This document shows positions 41,590 through 54,992 of a stretch of DNA of 64,000 nucleotides, one piece after another. Each line of letters opens with the position of its first letter. The first letter of the stretch is position 1. Made by a program: the position numbers and the translations under genes. The notes under the pieces are model-generated. The model had not been told where the DNA came from and ran no database searches. It was given only the letters and a program-made list of their open reading frames with translations. Source of the DNA: Ginglymostoma cirratum (lineage: Eukaryota); assembly GCA_024137785.1 (NCBI GenBank), contig JAHRHZ010000111.1:9538530-9602529 (forward strand), read 5' to 3'.

Positions 41590-43170
41590 AACAGTTTGTA
41601 TGCAGGTACGCAAGTAAGTAGGAAAGCTAATAGATTGTTATAATTTATTGCATGGGGATTTGAATCAAAATTAGGGAGGTTATGCTTCAGTTATACCATA
41701 TCTGGAGTACCGTGTTTCCGTGTTGGTCGCCTTAGTTAAAGAAGGATGTAAATGCATTCAGAGAAAATTTACTATACTAATGTCTGAAATAGGTGGGTTA
41801 TTTTGTGAGGAAAGGTCGGACAGGTGAGGCTTGTATCCACTGGATACACTTGGATCCACTGATTCGTGATCATTACACGAGCAAAGTTAGAAGAAACACA
41901 TCACCTTATTAACAGCACATTCACTGGAATCAAGTTCACTGGGGAAGAAGAGAACAGTCAACTTCCGTTTCTAGATGTAAGGATGGGACGAACAATGGTG
42001 AATTCCTTACCGGTGTATACAGAAAGACTGCACACACAGACCAAATCCTGAATTGCAACAGTAACCACCCCAGCATCCACAAACACATCTGTGTCAAGAC
42101 TCTGTTTAAATGAGTGATAACACACTGCAATACCCCGGAGCTGCGCAAAGATGATGGGGACACCTATACAAAGTCTTTATGAACAACGGGTATCCTAAAA
42201 GCTTTGACTGCCGATGCCTGGCAAGTAAACAACACCAAAAAGACGCTGTACGCCCCAACTCACTGGCCACACTACCCTATGTTAGAAACACATCAGAACT
42301 GTCTACAAGATTCCTACAACCTCTTGGAATAATGATAGCATACAAACCAACAGCCACACTTTGACAGTTACACTCAAAGACAAAAGACCCCATACCCACA
42401 ATGAGCAGGTCAGATGTGATATACAAAATACCACGCAGCAACTGCAAGAAACACTACATGGGACAGACCAGGATACATGAACACCAACTCGCAGCAAAAC
42501 GGCATGACCAACTCTGCCCCATTTCAATACACTCTGACATAAAAGGATATCAGTTTAACTGGGACAAAGTAACAGTACTTGGATAAGCAAAACAAAGACA
42601 TGCACGAGAATTCCTGGACATGTGGTTTTCAACTACCAGTGTGATAAGCAAACATGTTGAGTTAGACTCCATCTACATACTAATATGGTGCAAAATCAGA
42701 AGCAGGGCTACCCACCATGACAGATTGGACCATATAAATTCAGACCAGGAGAGAACAACAACACTTCAACAGAAGCTAGACAGTACTGAAGATGTTACCT
42801 AGAAGGGAGACAAAATGTTTGCACGAAAACCAGTCAGCTCAACGATCAGCCAACAACTCCTGTATCCACTGGAGTTCAAAAGAATAGGAGATCACATGTT
42901 TGGAACATATAAAATCCCGAAGGATCTTTACAGGGTGCATGTGAAAAGAATATTTCATCTTCTGGAAGAACCTAGACATAGGAATCACTGTTTCAAAATC
43001 AGGGCTTGCCGATTTAACACCAAAGTAAAGAGTTTTTTTCTCATGGATAGACAGATAGATTCTTGCGAAGCAAAGGGATGAAAGGTTCTTGTGGGTAGAC
43101 AGGAATGTGGCGTAATCAGATCAGCCATGACCAAATGAGGCCTAGTGGCCTATCCCTGCTCCTTATTCAT
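41590..43170 (+). mobile_element. CR1 3' fragment split by a nested Penelope element
   Basis: CR1 RT C-terminal sequence resumes exactly after 42873. Confidence 0.8.
41845..42860 (+). mobile_element. 5'-truncated Penelope-like retroelement (RT, GIY-YIG and hammerhead-like terminus), 13-bp TSD
   Basis: IKFTGEEENSQLPFLDV, NGYPK, LPYV and DVIYKIP..CKKHYMGQT.RIHEH. TGTATCCACTGGA at 41832 and 42861. Confidence 0.9.
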
Positions 43171-43394
43171 ATTTTCAAATGTTCAAATGTCCCAGTTGCA
43201 GAAAGAAACTAGAAACTGTGCTAGCAATATTCCACTGCAGATAGGGAGCTAAATATTGAAATGGGAGGACAAAATCCCTGAAACGCTCAGCAATTGTGCA
43301 ACAAGTAGGCATGTGGTCAAAGGCCACACCTGAAATTTCCAACAGGAGACAGTAAGCTCAAAGAGAAGGGATGAGTCGTAGGGTGAAGTTTTAG

Positions 43395-44900
43395 ACAGAC
43401 ATCTCTACAAAGGGGAGATGAAATGCAGACTGGGTGACTGCTTTGCAGAACACCTATGTTCTGTTTGCAAAACTGACCCCCAGTTTCCAGTTGCCTTCCA
43501 CTTCAACACACCACCAAGATCCCCGGTCAACATTTCTGTTGCAGGCTTGACGAGTGAACCTCAGTGCAATCTTGAAAACAACATCTCATGTTTCGTTCGG
43601 GGACCTTGCAGCTTCTAGAACTCAATATTGAATTTAGAGCCTGATTCCATCCTTCCATTTTTTTTTATCCACCCTAAACCTGGTTCTATTATGACACGGG
43701 GTTGCTTTTAGCACAGTCACCCATTCACATGTACTCCTGGACCCATTATCACATTATATGGAACAAAAACGTAAATTACTGGAAAAGCTCAGCAGGTCTG
43801 GAAGCATCTGAGGACAGAAAGCAGAGTTAACATTTCAGGTCCAGTAACCCTTTTTCAGAAGTGACTGTAGTTAGGAAAATGTTGGTATTTCTGCTGAAGA
43901 TGGGGCTGAGAGTGTGGGAAAGAGTAAATGATAGGTGGAGATCATTTCCACAGAGAGAGAACAACAGTTGTGCAGACAAAGGAATGGATACAGGTCAGCT
44001 TGTGAAAATCAAGAGCTGCTAATGGGGACCATTAATAGCTGAGAAAGGGTAGTTGCAGTAGTAGCTCATGTGATGACAAAACCTGGTGAGTGGGGTTTGG
44101 GGTAAGAACATAGGAGATGGTGATCAGACTCTAATATTATTGAACTCGATATTGAGTATTTGAATCATAGAATCATGCAGTGCAGATGAGGCCCTTCATC
44201 CCACTGAGTTTTCACTGATACATGAGAAACACCTGACCTTCAATCTAATCCCATTTACCAGCACTTGGCCCATAGCCTTGATGTTGATGCCCACCCAGGT
44301 AGTTTTAAAGGATGTGAAACAATTCGTCTCTACTGCCGATCTGCACAATGCATTCCAGACTGCCACCACCTTCTGGGTAAAAACCTTTTCCTTGCAATTC
44401 CCCTAAACCTCCTGCTTGAACCTACTTACAGGAAGCAGGATCTGTAGTCAACTGTCGGAGTCAGGAGTTTGTCTTAGATATTGGTGGCCAGCCTATCCCC
44501 AGAAAAGAGATGCCAGGGAAGGGAAAGGAGGAGTTAGAAATTGACCATGTGACTGTCAGAGCAAAGTAGAAATTGGAAGCGAACTTGATAAACTTTTTCA
44601 ATTCCGGATGAAAGAGAGAAGTAGCACCCATGATGTCATTGATATACTGGAAAAAGAGTTTTGGGTGGGGATTGAATAGGACTGGAACAAGGAATTTTCC
44701 ATGTACTCCACAAAGCGACAGTATAACTTTGATCTGAAGAAAATGAGATGAGTTGAATGAGAAGTTGTTCAAAGTGAGGACTAGCCCAACCAGGTGGAGG
44801 AGGATGATGGTGGATGGGGATTGTTCAGGCCTTTTTTTTCCCCAGAAAGTAACAGAAAGCCCTAAGACCATCTAAATGGAGAATGGACATGTAAAGGGAT
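43395..44900. mobile_element. Rearranged Penelope-like element remnants (GIY-YIG on +, terminus and RT on -) with a CR1 piece at about 44165-44410
   Basis: RLGDCFAEHL..PVAFHFN and LVLTLNNFSFNSSHFLQ..FQYINDI. Confidence 0.8.
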
Positions 44901-44904
44901 TGCA

Positions 44905-46545
44905 GATTTTTTGAGGAGATGACCAGATGTGTTGATGAGGGTAGTGCAATAGATGTAGTTTACATGGATTTCAGCAAAGCCTTTGGCAAGGTCCCACATA
45001 GGAGACTTATCAAGAAGCAAATGTACATGGGATACAGAGTAATTTGATAAAGTGGATTCAAAATCAGCTCAATTGTAGGAGACGGAGGGTGATGATAGAA
45101 AGCTGCTTTAATGACTGGAAACCAGTGAGCAGTAGCGTACCACAAAGATCCGTCTGGGTCCCCTATTATTTGTGATTCACATAAATAACATAGATGACTG
45201 TGTGTGGTTTGAATTAGGAAGTTGGCGGATGACTCAAAGATTGGTCAGGTGGTTAACAGTGAAGTTGAGCATCTTGGGCTACAAAAAGATATAAACGTGA
45301 TGGTCAATTAGGCAGATAAGTGGCAGATAGAATGTAATCCTGAACAGGACAAGGTGGTTGTGAAGATACAATGGCCTTAAGAGGTGCATTTTGTCCTGGT
45401 TTTTTTATGAAGAACAGTTGAGGCAGATGTGCCAAGTGGTCTGCTCAAAACCAATAAAGGAAACAGCTTGTGAGGCCTTTGGTTTTTTTTTCAAAGTTGG
45501 AACAATAGAAGCAGCCTGAGTGGGTGAGGCCAAGCTCCCACAGAATCAGGATTTTCAGTTCTAGCTTTCCACAGTCACTGGTGTCTTGAAGCTGGATGTA
45601 GAAGCTCTTATTCCTCTCTTTGTTAGAGCTAAAAGCTGGTTTCTGATGAAGGGTCTAGGCCCGAAACATCAAGCTTTCCTGCTCCTATGATGCTGCTTGG
45701 CCTGCTGTGTTCATCCAGCTCCACACCTTGTCATCTCGAATTCTCCAGCATCTGCAGTTCCTATTATTCTCTTTCTGCTGCTAGAATTGCATGTGAGACA
45801 ATCTAGTTTACTAATTTGCCTTTGCTAAGGGTGTGTTAATGGGATGTTACTATATTTGTACAGTTAATTAATAGTAGTTAACATAAACATACATTATTTT
45901 GTTAAGCATTTCGATACAGGCACAGTTAAGCCAATTCTTTTCTTTTTATTTTGTCTGTTTTTTAATTGTAGTGTAAAAATAAAGTGTTTTGCTTAAAGTT
46001 GAGTGGTTTCACTAATCAAATTATATCTGGAATGCACCGCCTTTCACTTGACTATAAAATTAGAAAAAGTTAAGGTCAAGACTATCTTATTAATGTATTT
46101 TGAGGGGGTTTGGTCTGGTCCATAACAATGATACACTTTAGAAGGAGTAATTTGACAAGGAAGTATTCAATGAATTGCATGATACCAGGAAGTCCTATTG
46201 AGCAAAGGGACCTTGGAGTGTTTGTCCATAGATCTCTGAACGCTGAAGGGCATATTAGTAGGGTGGTGAAAAAGCCACTTTCCCCTATCAATCGAGGCAT
46301 AGATTACAAAAGCAGTGAAGTCATTTTGCAATTCCATAGAACTTTGGTGAAACCATAGCGAGAGTACTGTGTGCAGCTCTGGTCGCCACATTAGAAGATG
46401 GATGTGATTGCACTAAAGTGGTTGCACAGCAGATTCACCAGGAAGCTGCCTGGGATGGAAAATTTAAAGTTATGAGGAAAGATTTGGGTTGTTTTCTTCG
46501 TATCAAAGAAGACTGAAGGGCAATCTGATTGATTCATCTGTCTGC
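44905..46545 (+). mobile_element. CR1 RT fragment interrupted by a solo LTR
   Basis: VVYMDFSKAFGKVPH, then EYCVQLWSPH after the insertion. Confidence 0.8.
45359..46127 (+). mobile_element. Probable solo LTR (TG...CA) with nested family A hammerhead element (45642-45772)
   Basis: TGTGAAG...CATAACA termini, internal AATAAA near 45978. CR1 sequence continues on both sides. Confidence 0.65.
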
Positions 46546-46614
46546 TCAGATCCTCCTTCAGCTCCCACTTTCCCAACTTCAGCTTCAGCAGAAATAACAC
46601 ATTTTCCTAGCTGC

Positions 46615-47200
46615 TAGCAGTTGTGATGAAGAGTCACCGGATTCAAAATATCAAACTCTACTTTCCTCACACAAATGCTCCCAGACCTGCTGGAGGAACA
46701 ACATCTCATCTTCCGACTAGACACTTCACAGCCTTCTGGACTTGATATTGAGTTCATCACCTTCAAATTGTGAACCAACTCCCATTTCTAAAGAAGGGTC
46801 TGGACCCGAAACGTCAGCTTTCCTGCTCCACTGATGCTGCCTGGCCTGCTGCGTTCCTCCAGCTCCACACTGTGTTATTCCATTTCTTCCCTTTCTTTTA
46901 GCTTTATTTGTTACATTCTCTGTCACTATGTCATCTATCCCCTCCCCCCATCACTATGGGACTGTCTTCTCTTTCAAGTCTGGCAGCTAGACACGCCATT
47001 CTCACATTCCGATCACTTATTGTGAACAATCAACATCTTTTCTCCCCCAGCACTCTACACCCACCACCGCCACCACACCGCAACTCTCGCATAAATGCCA
47101 CCCCCTCCACATTTCACTTCAGTTCTGATGGAGTCATATAAACTCGAAACGCTAGCTTGCCATCTGACTCGCTGTGATCTCCAGCATTTGTTGTTTTCAT
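46615..47200 (+). mobile_element. PLE 3' region with three successive hammerhead-like units
   Basis: EEQHLIFRL remnant. Degenerate cores near 46623, 46788 and 47125. Confidence 0.7.
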
Positions 47201-48391
47201 TATAAATTAGGCAGGCAGGTTTGTGATCACCAATCTGTTTAAAAAGAGTTTTCTTTAACCGTAATTGTTTAAAAAACACAGGTAGAATGTATCTAGATTT
47301 GCTGGTGGTACAAGACTAAGTTGGAAACTAAACTGTAATGAGGACACAAAGAATTTAGGATTTAGACAAGCCAAGTGAATGGGCAATAACATGGCAGATG
47401 GAGTATAATATGGAAAAATTGTGAAGTTATCCACTTTGATAAGGAAAATAGAAAGCAAAATACTTTTGAATTAGTGAGTATGGCAAATGATACTCAGAGT
47501 CACCTAGATATCCTTGTATACAAATTACAGAAAGTAAACAAGCAGGTATAACAGGTATTTAGTGATGCAAATTGAATGCAAGTTTTTTTTAAGGTATTAC
47601 AGGTATTTAGATTGCAAATGGTTATGAAACTGTATAATGATGCAATTGGAGTATAAAAGCTGTCTTGTCCACAAGATGTGAAGAGAGATCATGAATATGT
47701 TTTAAGGCTTTATTTGCTTGTATCAATTTTCCAATAAATTTTGCTGGACTTAAACAAGGCCACTGCCAATCGAGTCATGCAAATTGACCACAATTTCTGG
47801 AAGGATTCCAATCAGCAGATACTAATCAGAGGGTACTCTGACATTTTCCTCCTGGAATGTCACAATTATGCATGCATGGACCTTCAATTAAAAGCAAAAT
47901 ACTGCAGATGCTGGAAATCTGAAATAAAAATAGAAAATGCTTAAGAAACTCAGCAGATCTAGCAGGTCTGTGGAGAGAGAAAAACAGAGTTAACATTTTG
48001 AGTCCAAAGACTCTTATTTGGAATGTGGTGTAAAAGGACACTGGGCTTGCCTTTGCAAAAATCTGGTTCCAAAGCCACATCCAGAGTCTACAATATAATG
48101 TAACCAAACAAAGAGCATGCTGGTAGACTCAACAAGGTGTGTTGCAGAGACCTGCACAAATGGAAGTACACACTTGGGCTTCACAGCAAGACAGATCAGG
48201 GTGAAATTTCAGAGTGGAGGAAACTTCAACAAGGTGAATAGACTTTCCATGTTGCCAATATGAAACATTGTGTGGACAAAAAAAAAGAAAAAAAATAGAA
48301 AATAGAAACTTTTGCTCCTGTCAACATCGTCTGCCCATTGGTAAACACATGTTTGCTGTTCTGAGGAGAGCAGCTCAATGACTCCAGACTC

Positions 48392-48600
48392 TAAAACAAA
48401 ACAGAGAGTGTTGAAGAAACACAGCAGGTCTGGCAGCATCTATAAAGGGAAAACAGAGTAAACATTCATGAAAGGTCACTGGACCTGAAATATGAACTCT
48501 GTTTTTCTCTCTACAGATGCTGCCAGACCTGTTGTACTCTCCAGCACTCTCCGTTTTTGTTTCAGATTTCCAGCATCCACAATTGCGTGTTTATTTTGTC
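48392..48600. mobile_element. Family B inverted pair (hairpin)
   Basis: cagcaggtctggcagcatct and agatgctgccagacctgttg arms, with CAGACTCT on both flanks. Confidence 0.75.
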
Positions 48601-49977
48601 TTCAGACTCTTCTCTGTGTCCTGCTCCTTATTGATATGGACTACTCCAAGTAGAGACAGAATATGTGCTGACATGTAACTTTATATCGAACAGAATAAAG
48701 TGGAGGTACTTAAAAATTTGACAGAATTCAAAGAAGAAAAGTCACCTGGACCAGATGGAATATATTCTAGGTTGCTGATGGAAGCCAGAAAAGAAATTAC
48801 AGAAGCTCTGGTCTAATTATTCCAAGCCCCCTGAAAATGAAAGTCTGAGAGCTGGGGCATTGCAAAATTTATGCCTTTGTTCGAAAACACAGGAGAGTGA
48901 ACAACTTGGTAATACAGGACCAATCAGTCTAATCTTTTTTGGAGGGATTGTGTAGAGAAATTCCTCTGGGGCAAAATAATTTGGCACTTGGATAAATATC
49001 AGATAATAAATGAAAGTTTCACAAATTTGTCCAAGGCAAGTTGTTTGATTGACTTGGTCAAGTTGTTCAATGAAGTAATGGAGAGTGTGGATAAGGGCAG
49101 TGCAGTTAATGCTGTATACATGGACTTTCAATCTGACACGATGTGGAATGCACTACCTGAAAGGTGGTGGAAATCAATTCAGTAATAAATATAAAAAGAA
49201 AATTGGATTACAACTTGAAAAATAATCACTTTGCTTTGGGGGAAATGTCAGGGAGGATGATGTCTCAGGGCAATGAGCCAAATTGCCTCCTTCTGTCCAG
49301 TTTCACTCTATTAAACTAACAGATCAAAAGGTAATTGACAGGGTCAAATAAGGATCAGCACTAAGTTCATTACTACAGCTTTTAGTATATTAGCAGTATT
49401 AGTTTATTATAAAATATTGTTAGTAATGACTATTAACAAACTCCTTTGAACTGTGTAAGCTCATGAACAGGTTTCTATTGATTCATGCTGTGTAGTACAA
49501 TCTGGTACAGCAGTATCCTCTGGCTCTGTTCAGGGCTTCTAGAAAGCTATTGGAATGTGTCCAGAATATTGTGAGCATGCTGCAGACTTAGATGACATCT
49601 CACTGTTTTAAGTCAGACTGTATTCATTAATCAGCACTGTTCATTACCAATCAATCTGTAAAAATCTGTGGAATCTCTGCAACAGCTACTGAAATTGAAT
49701 CCAACAGTCATATTTATACCTATGATTTTCTCCGACCTGAACAAAAACTAAATTCTCTGATAAAAATGGTAACACATTTTACTTAAGTCTGAAATCATGA
49801 AAAATGACAGGCATGAAACTGATCCCTCGCCCTGTGCCATACAGTTGCAGTGCTAAATGTATTGAAAAAAAAGCTTGGGAGTGACCTGATGGAGATGTTT
49901 AAGATTATGGAAGTGTTTTCCAATGTGGACCATAGGGAAGAACTTTACACCAAATACCTGATTGAAAAGTTTATTGG

Positions 49978-50335
49978 AGTGGCACAGTGGCTCAGAGTTT
50001 AGTACTGCTGCCTCACAGCGCTGGGGACCTGGGTTCAGTTTCACCCTTGGGGGACTGTCTATATGGAGTTTGCACATTTTCCATGCGTCTGCATGGGTTA
50101 CCTCTGGGTGCTCCGGTTTCCTCCCAAGCTCCAAAGATGTGCAAGTTAGGTGGATTGGCCATGTTAAATTGCCTATAGCGTCCAGGGATGTGCAGGTTAG
50201 GTGGGTTAACCATGGGAACTGCAGGGTTACAGGGACAGAGTGGGCGGTTGGTCTGTGTGGGATGCTCTTTGGAGGTTTGGTGTGGACTTGATGGGACAAA
50301 TGGCCTGCTTCCATACTGTAGGGATTCTGTGATTC
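49978..50335 (+). mobile_element. HE1-like SINE, full length
   Basis: tRNA head, gtttgcacatt..ccaaagatgtgc core, CR1-like tail gggattctgtgattcta. Confidence 0.85.
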
Positions 50336-50464
50336 TACACTTGTGTGTGAAAGCAAAATTAGAGACTATAAATATGCATATAGTTGCTGATAAATTGGAC
50401 AGGGAACTCAGCAGAAATATTTTTACACTGTTGTTAGAGTGTGAAACTTGCATGTTTTTTTATC

Positions 50465-50785
50465 ATAGAATCTCTACAATGTGGAAACAGGCCCTTCGGC
50501 CCAATGAGTCCACACCGACCTGCAGAGCATCCCACCCAGACCCATCCCTGTAAAACACACCTAACTTACACAACCCTGAACACTATGGGCAACTTAGCAT
50601 GGCCAATCCACCCAGCCTGCACATCTTTGGAGTGTGGGAGGAAACCAGAGCACTCGGAGGAAACCAACGCAGACACAGGGAGAAAGTGCAAACTCCACAA
50701 TGACAGTCAACCGAGGGTGGGATTGAACCTGGGTTCCTGGCGCTGTGAGGCAGCAGTGCAAACCACTGAGTTACCGTGCCGCCCT
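50465..50785 (-). mobile_element. HE1-like SINE, full length, tail-to-tail with the previous copy
   Basis: Reverse complement of the same family. Confidence 0.85.
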
Positions 50786-50999
50786 AATTGAGATGATAGA
50801 ATAAATACATTTTAATACAGCTTAGATAAAGAGTTTAGAGGGATATGGGCCAAATGCTGGCAAATGGGATTAGATTAATGTAGAATATCTGGTCGGCATG
50901 GATGAGTTGGACCAAAGGGTCTGTTTCCATGCAGAACATCCCTATGATTCTATGACTCTATAATATAATGTTCTATAGAATGCAAGACTTTTTTTCCTA

Positions 51000-52400
51000 C
51001 TAGGACAGACCCAGCAGAATGGGCAGCACAGTGGTAAACAATTGGGAGGGAGTTGATCTAGGAGTCCTCAACATTGACTCTCCAGTAGTCTCATGGCACA
51101 CGTCATACATGGCAAGGAAATTTCTTGCTAATTATCACTTAGGGTGATGAATAAGTACTCCTCTACATTGAAAATCACTTGGAGGAAGCATTGAGGGTGG
51201 CAACAGTGTAGAATATACCCTGGGTGGTTGCGATTTTGGAGTCCACCTCCAAGAATGGCTCAGCTGGACCTCTATTAACCAAGCTTGTTAGATCCTAAAG
51301 GACATAGCTGCTATACTGGGTCTGCAGTAGATGGTGAGGGAAAAAGAAATTTGACCTCAGCTTTGCCAATCCACATTCTGCAGATGCATTTGTCCATGAC
51401 CATTTTGGAAAGAGTGATCACTGCACAGTCCTTGTGGAGATGAAATCCTGCCTTCACATTGAGAATACCCTCCATCGTTGTGTGTGGCATTATCACCAAA
51501 TGGGATAGACATTGAACAGATCTAGAAACTCAAAACTGGGCATCCGTGAGGCACTGTGGGCCATCATCAATACAGAATTATATTCCAACACACCTTGTAA
51601 CCTCATGGCTGGGCATATCTTCCACTTTACCATTACAGTCATGTCAGGTTATCAATCCTGGTTCAATGGAGAGTGCAGGAGAGCGTCCCCAGAGCAGTAC
51701 AGAAATCTTAAGTGTCACCCTGGTGAAGCTACCAAATTTGCACACCAAACAACATAAGCAGTATATGGTAGATAGGGCTAAGCAATCCCACAACCAATGA
51801 TTCAGATCTAAGCTCTTCAGCCCTGTCACCTGTGAATGGTGACGGACAACTAACCTAGTTACTGAAGGAGTATGCTCCATTAATATCCCCCATCCTCAAT
51901 GATGGAAGAGTCCAACACTTCAGTGCAAAACATAAGCCTAAAGCACTTGCAGCAATCATCTGCTAGAAATTCCAAGTGGATGATCCATCTCAGCTTCTTC
52001 CAGTGGTTCCCAGCATCACAGATACCAATCTTTAGCCAACTTACTTCACTCCATTTGATATCAAGAACAGTTGGAGGCACTGGATACAGCAAAGGCTATG
52101 GGTCCCGACAATCTTTGGCAAAAGTACAGAAGACTTGTGCTCCAGAATGTGCCTCACCCCTAACCAAACTGTTCCAGTAAGCTACAACAAAAACATCTTT
52201 CCAACAATGTGGAAAATTGCCCAGTTATACACTTAGAACATATCCAGTCAGCTACCTCTCCATTGGTCTACTCTCTTGATCCTTATCAATATTATTAAGT
52301 AAAACTTGCAAATGAATAACCTGCTCATTGTCCTCAATTTTGGTTGCACGAGGGCATCTCAGTTACTGATCTCCAAATCAGCTTGGGCTCAAATATTTCA
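51000..52400 (+). mobile_element. CR1/L2-group LINE ORF2 remnant (endonuclease to RT)
   Basis: QSWFNGECRRA and KTCAPECASPLTKLFQ. Confidence 0.75.
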
Positions 52401-52459
52401 AAGATCAAAATGAAAGTTGGAAAATTAGAAGGAAAAGTTGGAACGTGGAGGAAACCAGG

Positions 52460-52830
52460 CTAGCAGCTTTATAAAATCATGAGGTATATAGATAAATTGG
52501 ATAGCAAAGGTTGTTTACCTATGTTTAGGGAGCTCAAAACCAGACAGCATAATTTTAAGATGAGAGGAGAAACATTTAAAAGGGATCTTAAGGGCAGTTT
52601 TTTCACCCAGTGGGTGGTTTGTATGGAGAATGAACTGACAGAGGAAATGGTGGATGCAGGTGCAGTTACAACATTCAAAAGACATTTGGATAGTTACATG
52701 AATTGGAAAGGTTAAGAGGAATATGGGCCAAATGCAGATAAATGGGACTAGTTTCATTTGGAAGTTTGGTTGGCATGGACAAGTTGGACCGAAGGGTCTG
52801 TTTCCATGCTGTATGACTCTGACTCATGGA
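52460..52830 (+). mobile_element. CR1 3' fragment
   Basis: FKRDLKGSFFTQWVV..TTFKRHLD, with a tatgactctgact tail. Confidence 0.85.
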
Positions 52831-53611
52831 CTATAAAGCACTTTGGAACAACGTGGCTGCATGAAAAGCTACCACATGAATGAAAGTCATATCTTTTCTT
52901 CATAAATAATTCAGTATCTGTTTGCTAATATGCCACAGACCATTTCAACTGGGATTAAACATCTATCAGGAAATTCAGATAGGACTGAACGTTAGATATA
53001 CCACTGTGTTTATTTAGAGTGTGTGACTTTTCAGAATAAACACTAGATGAAACAATAAGCAACCATTATGTCAATTTGATTGAATTAAACTCAAACTTCA
53101 AAACTGAAATTGATAGATTTTGTAATCCAAGGATATTGATACTGTTATATACATATTTAGATATCCAATGATGTATATATGATACGTATAGATATATTAC
53201 TATTGATATCCAAGATAATCCAAGGGTTACACTACCAGTCAAGGACAGAGTATGACCTAATTGAATAGCAATATAGTCGTTTACTTCTATTCCTATGTTC
53301 TTTCCTAAGGAAGGACAGCATGGAACAAGGCCATTTGGCCTATTGTGCATGTGTCAGAATTGTTCCTTGCATTATAACATTAGTTGATGTTTACTTTACT
53401 CCAAAGAGTAATAAGGAACTCAGATGAGGACAAGTAGAAACATTACTTGGCTTTTCAGGCATCTGCTATAGCCTCAACACTTGCAAAGCATTTTTGAAGA
53501 TTAAAGTCCTTCCACTGGGTCTAATCATTTGATGATGTGTTAGTGCAAACAGGGAATGATAATTCTGGATATGTGCGAAACAATTACTATGCTTAGCTTA
53601 ATGGTCAGGTA

Positions 53612-53686
53612 GGGCCAGTTAGTTCAGTTAATTAGAGCATGATGTTTAATAATAGCAACTGTGTGGGTTCAGTCCCCCTACTAAGT
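53612..53686 (+). pseudogene. Degenerate tRNA-Ile(AAT)-like sequence (pseudogene or SINE head)
   Basis: ggccagttagttcagttaattagagcatgatgtttaataa...gggttcagtcccc is collinear with tRNA-Ile, but the stems are broken. Confidence 0.5.
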
Positions 53687-54192
53687 AAGGCCTGCATCTT
53701 CTACTAGCTCAGTCTATGAGTCATGATTACCAACTCTTGGACATTGCATGAATAGGTAGAGTAATATAGCTGTGCAATATTAACTCTGATCAGTGTGAAG
53801 GTGTAACTGGAAAGTTGTAAATCTTATTAGCGTGTTGAATCAGAAAATGGCTGAGTTTGATGTTACAAAAGTTAAGCAATTTAGATTGTTTTTCGTTTGA
53901 TTCCTAAATACTGGTCACCATACATGCAGCTATGGTAATATGGTCATATGCATTTGGTATTTGGAAGAAAAGGGAGTTTAAAATGTTAATTGTTTTAAAG
54001 ACGCAAATGATTAAATCTGAGCTTAACGGCACATGCGTTGCACCAAACTTGTAAACATTAGCACAGAGAAAGGAACCCAGCAAACCCAGGCATTATTTTG
54101 AATGATAGCTGAGTGTCAAACCCAGGAACAGCAGCTTGATCAAATATTCACTATAATCCTTGATTGACAACACAGTTATTGTGAGTCTGCAG

Positions 54193-54992
54193 CAGCAATT
54201 TCCAAAATTTGGGTTGCGACCCCCAGTGAGTGCCATGTTGGCTCCGGATATTTGCGCACTGTGTCAGTCTAGGCCTAGGTCAACAGAGATTGTGTGAGTG
54301 TTAGAAAATCTAGGAGGTCATACAGCTGAACTAGGAAGGTTTCAGACTTTACTGTGTTTCTGCTACTTTCAGCTTGACGTACAAGATGATTATCCTGGGA
54401 TAATGATATTGCTTTGCACACACTGGCAATCTGGCCGGAAGGGTGGACTGTGAGGGACGGATTGGGTGGGGAAAGTTGGTCTAGTAAAAGGGATTGATTA
54501 CTACATGCGGAGGGGGAGGAAGTAACACTGGTTACACTATGGGGGGGAGGAAAGAGGGGCTGATTAAAATGTGTGGGGTGGGGAAGAGGGCTGTTCACAG
54601 TGTGGGGGCCAAAGAAGAGGGGCTGATTACAGTACATGGATTGTTAAGTGCAGCTGGTTACAGTGCACCAGGATAGAGACAGGAATGTGAGGGGTGGGGA
54701 GAGGGCCAGATTATTTTGTCTTAGGGTGGGGGAAACTGTTTGGCATTTTGCTGAGTGTTCTGTCATTGGGCCAAATGGAAAGCTTGGCTGCCCCCTCCCT
54801 AAGTATATGTGATATCAATTTAGAAAGTATTTTAAGGGCATAGATATTTTTAATCAAATGGTAACTGGGGTAATGCTCAAATTTTCATGATTATATACTG
54901 AATATTATCATGCCACTTCCTTTGCTGATGTTTGTGGTAATATTAATTTTCAAAAAAGGGAATTGTTTTGAAAAATAGTTTGGGAAACACTG
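54193..54992. mobile_element. Probable hAT-Charlie-like non-autonomous element containing a degenerate G-rich minisatellite
   Basis: cagcaatttccaaaattt..gggttgcgaccc start and agtttgggaaacactg end. Confidence 0.45.

Noticed and set aside
41866-42802. Intact or domesticated Penelope RT gene
   Set aside because: Multiple stops and frameshifts, and it is 5'-truncated.
49853-50791. Several 100-167 aa ORFs
   Set aside because: They are translations of HE1 SINE sequence.
53130-53215. GATAT/AT-rich quasi-palindromic stretch
   Set aside because: Looks like a decayed AT microsatellite inside a CR1 tail.
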